From: Felis catus
Taxonomy: Eukaryota
Assembly: GCF_018350175.1 (NCBI RefSeq)
Contig: NC_058373.1
Location: 110,362,001-110,426,000, forward strand
Length of the DNA stretch: 64,000 bases
Direction of reading: 5' to 3'
The translations under genes and the position numbers were made by a program. Shown in pieces: positions 1-11,850 of this stretch (positions are counted from its first letter, which is position 1; every line of letters starts with the position of its first letter). The notes beneath the pieces were generated by a model, which did no database searches, had not been told where the DNA came from, and worked only from the letters and a program-made list of their open reading frames with translations.

Positions 1-697
1 GGCAGAGGTGGGTGTCTGCGGGTTTCATCCTTAGTCTCCCACGCAGCCCCTGAAGGGAACCTGAGATCTTCAGAGAACTGACTGTTCCCTCTCCTCCTCC
101 CCCCAACCCCAAGCCAGGACGTTTCCAGTGATGGCGGTGGCTGGAGAAAGGGCCTCTGCGGAATCGAAATGGAGCACCGATGGCGGTGAGTCTTTCCCAT
201 TGGGTTCTGTGAGAGGACAGCAGCTGGCCAGGATCCTGCATTCCACAGCATCCAAACCCTCGCAGACTCACCTGCACAAAGCTACAAGCAAGCCAACTGC
301 AAGTTGCAAACAAATATGGTAACTTCTGCAACCACCTGAGGCTTTCCGAACATGCACAGGTTAAGTGATAAAACGCCAGTGCCTCCTAGAAATCACTCAT
401 AGGGAAAGGCCACCTTGGAGAATCAGCCCTGGGCAAAGGGTGCCCAAACCGGTAGGAAACCTCCAAATCTCCCCTCCTCCCACCTCCCCTGCTCTGGGCT
501 TTCCCAGGCAGCCAGCTGCAAGTGTCCAGTAAGGACAATGCATGCTTTGCACGTAGTGAAATACCTATTCCCTGAAGGCCCTTCATGCCACATAATCAAA
601 TCACTATGCTTGGGGACAATTATTGGAAATCGTAATTGTTGGGCTTGAGGTGAGCTGATGCTGAATAAAACTGGTTCTAAAATGTCTTGGGGGGTCA

Positions 698-1690
698 GGG
701 GCACCTGGCTGGCTCAGTCTTTACAGCATGTTACACATTTGTAATGACTATTTTAATGATCATTTCTTTATTTTTAACAAGGAGAGTGCACGTGCATGAG
801 TGGGAGAGAGGCAGAGAGAAAGGGAAAAAGAGAATCCCAAGCAGGCTCCCCTTCAGCATGGAGCCCAAAGCGGGGCTCAATCTCATAAACTTGAGATCAC
901 AACCTGAGCTGGTATCACGAGTTGGACACTTAACCGACTGGGCCCCCCCGGTGCCCTGAGCATGTGACTTTTTTTTTAAGTTTATTTATTTTGACGGGAG
1001 AAGGGCAGAGGATGAGAAGGAAAGAGAAAGAATCCCAAGCAGGCTCTGCACTATCAGCGCAGAGCCCAAAGACAGGTTCAAACTCACAAATCTCGAGATC
1101 ATGACCTGAGCCAAAATCAAGATGACTCACCGACTAAGCCACCCAGGCGCCCCAGAGCACGTGACTCTTGATATCAGGGTTGTAAGTTCATGCCCCACGT
1201 TGGGTGTAGATATTACTTTAAAAAAAAATCTTTGCAGGGGCACCTGGGTGGCTCAGTCAGTTAAGGGTCCGACTTCGGCTCAGGTCATGATCTTGCGGTT
1301 TGTGAGTTCGAGCCCTGCATCGGGCTCTGTGCTGACAGCTCAGAGCCTGGAGCCTGGAGCCTGCTTCAGATTCTGTGTCTCCTTCTCTCTCTGCCCCTCC
1401 CCACTGTGCTCTGTCTCTATCAAAAATAAAAAAAAAATTTTTTTTTAAATCTTTACAAAACTAAATAAATAGGGGCACCTGGGTGGCTCATTCGATTAAG
1501 TGACCAGCTGTGGCTCAGGTCATGATATCGCAGTTCGTGGGTTCAAGCCCCATGTCGGGCTCTGTACTGACAGCTCAGAGCCTGGATCCTGCTTTGGATC
1601 CTGGGTCCCCCTCGCTCTCTGCTCCTCCCCCACTTGCACTCTGTCTCTGTCTCAAAAAATGAATAAACATTAAAAAATAAAATAAAATGA
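698..1690. mobile_element. Nested cluster of five CanSINEs
   Basis: Short + SINE (698-1228) split by two minus SINEs (770-955, 970-1154), followed by + SINEs at 1237 and 1472. Confidence 0.85.
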
Positions 1691-1974
1691 AACTAACAAA
1701 CTAAATAAACAAAACAAAATATCTCTGGGGACAAAAACAAAAAGCCCCCCAAGTCCTTCATTGATTAACAGTTTGGCTCTTCTCTTTGAGACCCAGTCAG
1801 AGGTGGGGTCATGCACATGTAGAGGCATGCATACTCACACCACTCCCCAAACAGTATGATAAGAGGATTCATCTGAAATCAAAACCATTTTGTTCAGAGG
1901 TTGCCACGTGTACCTAAAAACACATCCCTAAGTATTGAAACTAGTATAATTTCCTCATTAAAATGCATGCCATT

Positions 1975-3280
1975 TTTTTAAAGTTTATTTTGAGTGAGAA
2001 AGCGAGAGAGAGAGAGAGAGAGCGAGCGAGCAGGGGAGGGGCAGAGAAGGGGAGAGAGAGAGAATGCCAAGCAGTCCCAATGCGGGGCTCAAATTCATGA
2101 ACTGTGAGATCCTGACCTGAGCTGAAACCAAGATGCTTAACTGACTGAACCACTCAGGCATCCCAAAATGCTTGCCATTTTAAACACAAACTCATATTTC
2201 AAAAATGGAGGGAGGGGCACTTAGGTGGCTCAGTCAGTTAAGCATCTTACTCTTGATTTCAGCTTGGGTCATGATCTCAGGGTTTGTGGGATCGAGTCCC
2301 ACATCAGGCTCCATGCTGACAGCTTGAAGCCTGCTTGTGATTCTCTCTCTCTCCCTCTCTCTCTGCTCCTCTCCCACTCATGCTCTTTTTCTCTCAAAAT
2401 AAATAAATAAACTTTTTTAAAAAATGGAGGGAGAGTTTATATTCTAGAGCATCCTAAACCCTGAGAAATGCTATAACTCACTGTGATCAGAACATGTATA
2501 CCTCATGGAAAAAGTGAATCTCTGAATGAATTTTAAAGAATCAGGTTTGATTGCTTTTATTAAATAGATGTGACAGCCAGCCATTTCATTCAAGGGGTGG
2601 CATGGTTAGAATATTTGTATTCACTTCACAGGCTGGAGAAACCAGACAATTTTTGTAGACAATAAATGAGAAATACAGGAAATATGAGACAACACCTCAT
2701 AAATGACACCCTACTAAAGCTCTGCCTTAAAATGAGTCTTACAGAGGAAGGACTTTTAAATAATAAGTTAATGAGATCTATTACTCTTATTTTATCACTA
2801 TGGAATGAACTGAACTGGGGGTAAGGAATTAGGATGGGGGACACCTGGGTGGCTCAGTCTGCTGGGCATCTGACTTCGGCTCAGGTCATGATCTCACGGT
2901 TTGTGGGATCAACCCCTGCATCAGGCTCTGTGCAGACAGCTCAGAGCCCGGAGCCTGCTTCAGATTCTGTGTCTCCTTCTCTCTCTGCCCCTCCCCTGCA
3001 CACGCTCTGTTTTTCTCCATCTCTCAAAAATGAATAAATGTTAAAAAAAAATCTAAAAAACAAACAAACAAAAAAGAAATTAGGATGGGATTAAAAGATT
3101 TGAATTAAAAAGAGAGAACAGGACACCCGGGTGGCTCAATCAGTTAAGCATCTGACTTCAGCTCATGTCATGATCTCAGTTTGTGAGTCTGAGTCCCGAA
3201 TCAGATAAGCTTGAGCCCCACTTCAGGTAAGCACGAACCCCACTTTGGGGGAACACAAGCCCCAATTCAAGGGAGCCCTG

Positions 3281-3318
<38 letters not shown>

Positions 3319-3401
3319 CCCTCCTTCTACCCCTCGTGGGATTTTCTCTCTCTCTCACCCTCTCTCTTTACCCCTTGCTCACTTACACGCTTTTTCTCTC
3401 T

Positions 3402-3432
<31 letters not shown>

Positions 3433-4210
3433 GAAAGAACATATGATTTGAATGTTAAAATACTGAAACAATCTATCAGTCAAACCAACCCACTCATAAA
3501 AACTTACTTTTGCACACCATTTGCCCATAAACTAGGGCTAAGTAAAGGTAAAATTAGTAACTACATGTGGAATGTCTTATTGTGTGATAACCACTCCTTT
3601 ATAAAAGAAAAAGATTCTATTTGATCCCAAGGACAAAATGTTGAATGAGTGGACCTGGCTTTGGGTGCACCATTTTGTACCCACGTTCGTATCTGGTGAC
3701 CATAGTTTACTTCTGTGTCAGGGTAACAGGTTGGGGGCTTAAAGCTTAACACATGGAGAAGACTTAAATATTGAACAGAAATGAAAATTACGTGCGTACC
3801 AAAGGGAGATGAAATTTTTAAAGTGAAGATTCTTTGGGTATCTTAAAGTCGACATACAAAGAACTAATATGAATACAGACTCAGTACACGCACAATGATA
3901 CGAGTGCACAGAAATCCATACGCATCCACAATGAGGGACATGCCCAGATCCAAACTCCCTCTGGTTTTTAAAAAAATTTTTTTCATGTTTATTTTTGAGA
4001 GAGAGAGACAGAGTGCAAGCAGAGGAGGGGCAGACAGAGAGAGGGAGGCAGAGGAGGGGCAGACAGAGAGAGGGAGACACAGAATACAAAGCAGGTTCCA
4101 GGCTCTGAGCTGTCAGCACAGAGCCTGACGCGGGGCTCGAACTCACGAACCGTCAGATCATGACCTGAGCTGAAGTCGGATGCTTAACCGACTGAGCCAC
4201 CCAGGCCCCC
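1975..4210. mobile_element. CanSINEs at ~1975-2165(-), 2214-2415(+), 2837-3075(+), 3120-3425(+), 3975-4210(-)
   Basis: tRNA-derived head GGGGCRCCTGGGTGGCTCAGTC, (CT)n tract, AATAAA/poly(A) tail. Confidence 0.9.
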
Positions 4211-5611
4211 CTGATTTTTAAATAATACTTAACATTAGACCGTTTCCTGTTGATGCCAAGGACATGACATGTCTTAGCAGATACGATTTTTCCAGCAAAT
4301 AAAAACTCACATTCTGTGGTAGATCCTCACATGAATTTGTGACTCTAGTAGTTACCAAGAGAACTACCTTGTTAGAAATAAGCTGAGATAACCGGCTCTT
4401 CCTCTCATCCTCAATAGGCCTAAGTTTTCTCACTGCAGAAGCCTCAACAAGAATAAAGGGAAACAGGAATTGTTGCCTCAGTCTCCACAAGTGGGCTAAT
4501 TTAGTTATATTCACAGCTTTAATGGTCACACCACCACGTGAAGGCACTCTGATAGGACAGTCTGCCAAAAGAGAGCGATTTTTAAGCGGTGTGCAAATTA
4601 TTTATTCATGTTGCAGAAAAACCTCATAATAGAACTTCTTTGTGACGCATCACCTCTGACTTTGAATAAAAAACGTTTCAAGCATATTTGAAGCGACAAC
4701 TCCTCCAGAAACATACCCATCACATAAAACAATATTTATCTGTAATAATAGACGCACAAAAGAATTGAACTATCTTATCTTAGACTTGAAATTCTAGACC
4801 TCACAAAGTTTATGTGTTAACAATATTAGAGGTTGCAACAAAAAATAACCACCACAGGCACTACAAAAACAAACAAAAAATGCTTGCTCACTGTGAACGC
4901 ATTTACGATTCCAAAGGCGCCTCTCCTCTACTCAAATATACTAGATTTGTGTGCTGGGCAACACAATACTTTCAAATATTTATAAAAAGTAATGTGAGTC
5001 TATTAAAAATCATTTGTAACAAAAATTACTTCTTGTTTTCCTTCGATTACTTAACCGAAAGGTAGGCCTAAAATTTGTCCAGGATTCGTGTCAGTTTACA
5101 GTAAATTCCACCCACAGAAATCAAAGAACTCACACAAAGAGGAGAGGTGGTTATACTAAAAACCAGGAACGAAACAGTCACTGCACATAAACATTAAACG
5201 CGGCATCAATGTAGAAATCAGGACAAAAGGCAACCACAACCCAATCCCGGTGTCTGCAAATGTATTGATTCAAGGCGTGAAACTTCTTCCTAGCGCTAAC
5301 TTCTAGGAGAAGTGTGTGTGCGTGCATGTGTGTGTGTGGCTTCATCTGAACGCCAAGAGGAACATAATGAGTAAATGAACGATAGTGACGGCTCAGCAGG
5401 GGGCTTGGCTTTCCAGCCTGCCTTGCCAGATGGTGTCCTCTGTGACAGGAAGAGGAGGAGGTTTCTGAAGTGGGCAGAGAGTAGAATGGAGTTGTCCCAA
5501 GATAAAAGAATCAAGTAGAAAGTCACTTTGCCTCTCAGCCTCCTCCTCTTTCCCTTTTCAGTTCTCTGTCCCTCTGAGGGGCATGACCCATTGTACAGGT
5601 AACTACTGTCA

Positions 5612-5830
5612 GAGTTAAGAGCATGGACTTGACAGCCAGCCCCTACATCCAGCTCTACCACTTACTACCCTGTCACCCTGTCACCGCAGGCAAATTACCT
5701 GACACCCCCCCCCCATTTCCATATCTGAAGGATAAGGTTAATAACGGCACTTACCCATAAAGGGCCATGAAGATAAAATGAGTTAACACATCAAATGCTT
5801 AAGATGGGGATGGATATATACAAGCCAATA
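5612..5830 (+). mobile_element. MIR (similar fragments near 12860, 15050, 28570, 44960, 50640, 53570, 55200, 55770)
   Basis: GTTAAGAGCATGGACT...CCAGCTCTACCACTTACT...GCAAATTAC...AAATGAGTTAACACAT. Confidence 0.7.
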
Positions 5831-5866
5831 AGTTGACTGTTTCGATTGTTACTGAAGGGTCTCGGC

Positions 5867-5918
5867 TTCCAGAACCTACCTTCTTCTATGGTTTCCAGAA
5901 CCTACCTTCTTCTATGGT
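5867..5918. repeat. Perfect 26-bp tandem duplication
   Basis: TTCCAGAACCTACCTTCTTCTATGGT x2. Confidence 0.95.
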
Positions 5919-6026
5919 TTAACACCAGGGCTTGCTCCTGCTCTTCCCAAAGGCTCTGTTCTCCACTAAAACAGTGCTTTGTCAACGGTGTCATGCAGAA
6001 CAAGAGGCAGAGTGGGTGCTAACAAC

Positions 6027-6080
6027 TTAGGGGTATCACTTTTCATGTGTGTAACACGTGCACGGGGGTCTCCTGATGAT
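6027..6080 (-). other. ESR2: Candidate 54-nt cassette exon resembling the rodent ERbeta2 (ERbeta-ins) 18-aa insert
   Basis: AG at 6082-6081, GT at 6026-6025, exactly 54 nt, phase 2, translates SSGDPRARVTHMKSDTPK; donor weak. Confidence 0.6.
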
Positions 6081-6917
6081 CTAAACAGGCAGTTCCAAGA
6101 GTTGGGGGCAGACATTTTCCATTCATATAATGGCTCCTTCCACACTGTGCACCGAGTCAAACGCGACTGAACATTCTACATTAGAACTTTCTCAAAATAA
6201 GGAACGTGGAAATCCATTTCCATGGAGAGATTTTCAACCTGTGCTCAAATGTATTCCAAGAAAGTGTCCCACTTTTCCTACTAACATTTTTAGTGTTGTA
6301 TATTCTGGTTTTTCCTCCATGAACAGTTCACCTGAGACAATTAAAAATTGGTTCCTTTTCTGCGCCATCTTTAAAAGAAAACAAGGCGCAATCGAGTGAC
6401 GGCATTGGCGCTATCATTCCCCAATTTCTATTACCTTTCGTTTGGCTTTAATAACCATTCCTTCCACTGCTACTGTCAAAAATGCTATAGAGCATACAGT
6501 TACAGTCAAAGCACATTAAAATAAACTGCAGATCTGTAAGAATTTTATCACCTGTCCAGGAAGAGATAGGCATGGTCCCCACAAGTGGAAAGAACAGCAG
6601 GGCAACTTAAAATTATAAACTGAAAATGGAATTTCTAATGCTGAAAAATCTTAAGTTGACCTGCACACTTACTAGCCACATATTCTGCAAGATACGGGCT
6701 CTTATAGTCTGACCTGTAAATGTCACCCCACTGCGGGTAAGGATAAGTCACAGGACACTGAATCCTAGTACCCATGCTCTCCTTCTTGGGCTCTTGACCT
6801 GGTGAGGGAGCTCATGACATGATCATCCTCTTGACTGACCTTTCAGGTGTGAGGTGTGAGGCAGCGCCCGGGACTCAGACAAGTCGGGAGGAGAAACGGG
6901 ATGCATTTTTCTCTCAC

Positions 6918-7056
6918 CTGTCCAGGATGAGGTCTGGAGCAAAGATGAGCTTGCCGGGGTGGTCAATGGAGCGCCACATGAGCCCCACCATCAGCACCTC
7001 CATCCAGCAGCTCTCCAGGAGCCGCACTTGGTCATACAGGCTGAGCTCCACAAAGC
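6918..7056 (-). CDS. ESR2: ESR2 coding exon, LBD ([46 protein letters not shown])
   Basis: 139 nt; acceptor TTTCCCCAG|, donor CAG|GTGAGA. Confidence 0.98.
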
Positions 7057-7446
7057 CTGGGGAAAGCAAGAGGCTGTGAGAAACACCCACCCTCCTCCTC
7101 GGCTCCCAGTGTCTGTGAAAACAAAAGAGCAAGTTTTCACAAGCTACGAAAACACCCACGACACAGAGAAAACAACCAACGTTTTAAAGCTGCGGCTACA
7201 CGCTGACCTAAGGAAGGAAACTCTGAACTCTGCGTGTGCAACTCACAACGTCCGGCCTTGGACTCCTTCTACAGACTTAATACACGTCATCGAAGATTAT
7301 AAAGGACAGTTACCTGGGCTCACAGCTCCCCCCCGCCCCACCCCCCCAGACAGATGCCAGGGAAGAACAGAAAGCTGGAACAGATCGTTTTTAGTTATAT
7401 ATTTTTTAAAGTCCTCTGCACTGAGCTGAGATCCAGAAAGCCCTAC

Positions 7447-7746
7447 CTGGGATTTTCTTGGCCCAACCGATCATGTGCACCAGCTCCTTGTCGGCCAGCT
7501 TGGTCAGGGACATCATCATGGAGGCCTCGGTGAAGGGGGTGCTGGGGCGGCTCACCAGCACGTGCGGCGGCTCCGCCTCCAGGAGCGTGAGCACCAGCTG
7601 CTCGGGGCTCAGGGCGCTCAGCAGCAGCTCCTTCACGCGGGTCACGTGGCCCCCGGCTTTCTTGGCTTTGCTGGCGCAGCGCAGCGGCTCCTCGGAGCTC
7701 TTCTGCCTTCGCACGACACGGTAGCCACACCTTTCCCTCCGGGAGC
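7447..7746 (-). CDS. ESR2: ESR2 coding exon, hinge and LBD helices 1-3 (SRRERCGY...[17 protein letters not shown])
   Basis: 300 nt; acceptor TTTAG|, donor CAG|GTAGGG. Confidence 0.98.
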
Positions 7747-8067
7747 CTAAACCGGAGAGACGATCACACAGTGCTTTCCCGAGGCTTCGCCAACCCGGCG
7801 TTCGAGGCGCCCGAGTCGCCGGGGCAAGAGTGAGGCCGTGACGCCGTGGTTAAGACCCGCGCCTGTCCCCACAGCGTGTCTTAGAACAGAAGCCTGACTT
7901 ACTTCCTGGAACCTGTGGGGCGTGTACCAGAGATGGTTACATTTGTGACTATATTAGCAAGAGCAAAACGGGACGTTTCAGGGACAGTAGCCCAAATGAA
8001 CGTAAGGTCTCCCATTTCAAGATTACCTACGGAGACGAAATCGATTTCTCTTTTAAAGAGTGTTGAC

Positions 8068-8192
8068 GGGGCGCCTAGATGGTTCAGTGGGTTCGGTGTC
8101 TGACTTGATTTTAGCTCTGGTCATAATTTCCTGTTTCGTGGGATCGAGCCCTGCATTGGGCTCCACACTGACAGCACCAAGCCTGCTTGGAG

Positions 8193-8250
<58 letters not shown>

Positions 8251-8336
8251 TCTCTCCCTGCCCCTCCCTCGCTCATTCGTGTGCTCGCTCATCTCTGTCT
8301 CTCTCTCAAAATAAATAAAACTTAAAAAAAAAAAAA
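8068..8336 (+). mobile_element. CanSINE with long (CT)n
   Basis: Head, CT tract, poly(A); TSD-like AAAGAGTGTTGAC / AAAGGGTGCTGAC. Confidence 0.9.
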
Positions 8337-8499
8337 GGGTGCTGACATAACCTCAGTTTTCAAACCACAGAATTAGTTTTCTTCAGACAAAAGATAGGCA
8401 AAACTTAGGAACTGAATGAACACTGATGTTTCCAAACAGTTATCAAATAATACACTTTTATAATACATTCTGAAAATAGTCACATGTACTTGTGTGTGC

Positions 8500-11400
8500 T
8501 TACACATATACACATGCATTTTTATATATTTACACAAATAAATATATTTCAAGTAATAAATTTTTTTAAATCCTGAAAAATATAGAAAAGCACAAATTTT
8601 GGCATAAATTCTTTCAGTTTTCTTTTAATGCTATTTACTTTTGCATATTTCATATACAAAATTTAGATCACAGTGTGCATATACTATTTAAACCTTTTTC
8701 TTTTTATTAGAAAGGCATCATTTTACAATTTAAAAACCTATATTGCATTCTGTTTTATGAATATAGCATTATTTATCTAAAGTGTCCCTTGATGGAAATC
8801 TAGGTTGGTTCTAATTTCTTTGCTAGTGTTCATGTTACAATGAAAATGAGTACCTGTATCCAATTAGTCCCTTAAAATAAATTCAAAGAAGTCAAGTTGC
8901 TGAACCAAGGCATATACACATTTAAGATTATTTATAGATTACCCTCTAAAACTATTTTAAGATTTTATTTTTAAATAATCTCTACGTGGGGCTTAAACTC
9001 ACAACCCTGAGATCAAGAGTCACATGCTCTACAGACTGAGTCAGCCAGGGGCCCCCTCCAAAACTATTTTATTGTTTTATTTTTTAAATGTTTATTTATA
9101 TTGGGGGCACCTGGGTAGCTCAGTCGGTTAAGCATCTGACTTCGGCTCAGGTCATGATCTCATGCTTCATGAGTTCAAGCCCCACATCGGGCTCTGTGCT
9201 GACAGCTCAGAGCCTAGAGCCTGTTTTGGATTCTGTGTCTCCCTCTCTCTCTGCCCCTCCTCTTCTCCTGCTTTGTCTCGCTCTGTCTCTCAAAAATAAA
9301 TAGATGTTAAAAAAATTTTTTTTAATGTTTATTTATTTTTGAGAGAAATAGAGTGTGAGTGGGGGAGGGGCAGAGAGAGAGGGAGACCCAGAATCCAAAG
9401 TAGGCTCCAGGCTCTGAGCTGTCAGTACAGAGCCTGACGCAGGGCTTGAACCCACAAACTGCGAGATCATGACCTGAGTCATAGTCGGACACTTAACCAA
9501 CTGAACCATTCAGATGCCCCCTCCAAAACTATTTTAAAATTTATAATCCAAATGATACTTTAAGGGGCTTCCTATCTCCTCATAACACCATTGGACATTA
9601 AAAATAATTTCTAATCTTTGCTAATCTGACAAATGACTAACCAATCTCATTTCACTTTGTATTTTTTTAAATTACTAGCAAGGTTGACTAATACATTTGC
9701 CATACTTTATATTTCTTTTACTTGTATATTGCCTATTTATTTCTTTTGTTCTTCCCCCCACCCCCAGTAACCTATGAAGTTTATTTAGTAACTATAGATA
9801 ATTTTTCTTGTATACCATATTTGCCTTGTTATATATCTTTTCACTTTACTCATAGTATCTCTCATCATAAGAAGCTTTAGTACACAGCCAAATTGGCCTT
9901 TTGTTTCACATCAAGATTATACCAATATTCTCTTATATCTTCTTTAAGCACTTTTGTGGTTCACATCTATTTGCAAGTTTATGTATGTTTGTATCAGGTC
10001 ATATTATGTTCTTCAAACAGATGTATAATTTTCCCAGTAGCATTTATTGGATAAATTTTTCCCACAGATATTTATAAAATGCCTTGTCATTTAAGAAATA
10101 TGTATAAAGGTCTCTTCTTCTGGATTGTCTTCTCTGTTTCATATATGTTTCACATATGTATATATATGTTTTTACTCCTCTGCTGGTCTCAATATGTTTC
10201 AGTTATTGTAGGTTTATGGGTCAGAAACACAATGGGATAATGTGTTTAAGATGGTGGGGGAAGGGAGAAACCTTCAATTTAGAATTATATTCTCAGATAA
10301 ACTATCATTCAAGAGTGAGGATAAATTAAAGCCATTTCAGTTAGGCAAAGGTTAAAAAGATATATCACTCATAGCCCCTTTGAAATAATTACTGTTTCTT
10401 TGGGATGGAGAAACGTGAACCCAAGAAAAGCAATGAAATTCAAGGTGCAATGGTAAGAAACTAAATTGTTAAACATGAGAGGAAACCTAATAAACATAGA
10501 ATGTATAAAATAATAACAATTAATTTTTGAGGTATAGAAATAAGGTAGCACCAAATACTGGATAATAACAAATAAGATGAGAGAGGAATAATTTTGGCTA
10601 GACCTTTCTAAGATTGTTTATTTGGGAAGAGAAACATCAATTAGGCTTGAATTCTCATGAATGCATGCTAAAAACAGAACTGTCACTAAAAGAATTGAAA
10701 CAGAATGTATGACTTCCAAACTAGAAGAGGAAAAATAAAACAGTAAAATGGTGTCAATTCCAAAAAGGAAAGAAAGAAAACATATGATGAATTTTTTTAA
10801 AGCATAAAATGATAGAAATGAATTCAACTATCGTGATCACAATAAACATAGATAGACTAAATTCATCAATGGAGAGCAACTCTGAGATTATATTTTTTTT
10901 TTTACCTAGACATAGACTGGTTGTAAGAGATACATCTAACACACAGAAAACTGAAAACAAAGGGATAAAAAAAGATAACGGGCAAAAATTAATGAAATAA
11001 ATCAGTTACTCTATCAATATCAGACAATATAAACTGTAAGGCACAAATCATTATTAAAGCCTCATCAGTAGATTATAAAAGGAAGATAAATAATTCTAAA
11101 CTTAGATAATTCTTATCTCATCAAAACAATAAGAAAACACAACCTATAAATGTAACGCGAAAAAGCGACTGCAAGAAAAAGAGAAATTGACAAATACATT
11201 ATTATAATGGATATTTTATTTTATTTTTTAAGGTTTTTTAGGTAATCCTTACACCCAACGTGGGGCTCAAACCTACAACCCCAAGAGTCTCATGCTCCAG
11301 CAACTGAGCCAGCCAAGCACCCCTATTTGGGTATTTTGATGTATCTTTCTCAGCAACTGACAGCGCAAACAATAAGGGGAAAGGCAGAATACAGAACATT

Positions 11401-11850
11401 TGGATTGTACAATTCACTTGAACAAAAATTATCACATACTAGTTCATGAATAAAATTTTAACTAAAATTGGTGTCATATAGATCATATTCTCTGATCACA
11501 AGAAATAACAAAAATACAATCCAGGCCCCTATAAAGTTTAGCACAAAAGAATTTCTAAAAATCCATTGGTTAGGAGCACTTGGGTGGCTCAGTGGGTTAA
11601 GCGTCCGACTTCAACTCAGGTCATGACCTCACAGTTTGTAGGTTCAAGCCCCGCATCGGGCTCTGTGCTGACAGGTTGGAGCCTAGAGCCTGCTTTGGAT
11701 TCTGTGTCTCCCTTTCTCTGCCCTTCCCCTGCTCATGCTCTGTCTTTCTCTCTCTCGGAAATAAATAAACATTAAAAAAAAATTTGAAATCCATTGGTTA
11801 AAGACAAAAATACAAAGCGAAAATTAAGAAAGACATATTATAAGTCAGGA
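8500..11850. mobile_element. Highly degraded ancient L1M fragments, mixed orientation, interrupted by SINEs
   Basis: AT-rich, with residual L1 motifs (TAGAATTATATTCTCAGATAAACTATCATTCAAGAGTGAGG; CATATTCTCTGATCACAA). Confidence 0.55.
8960..9520. mobile_element. SINE cluster including adjacent tail-to-tail pair 9104-9315(+) / 9317-9520(-)
   Basis: Heads at 9104 (+) and 9520, 9056 (-); repeated target CTCCAAAACTATTTT. Confidence 0.88.

Noticed and set aside
4218..4568. 116-aa minus ORF as the next ESR2 exon
   Set aside because: No similarity to the expected DEGKCVEG... exon, which I did not find in the window
7406..7750. Overlapping ORFs in several frames and on the + strand
   Set aside because: Stop-poor GC-rich exon; only the ESR2 frame is supported
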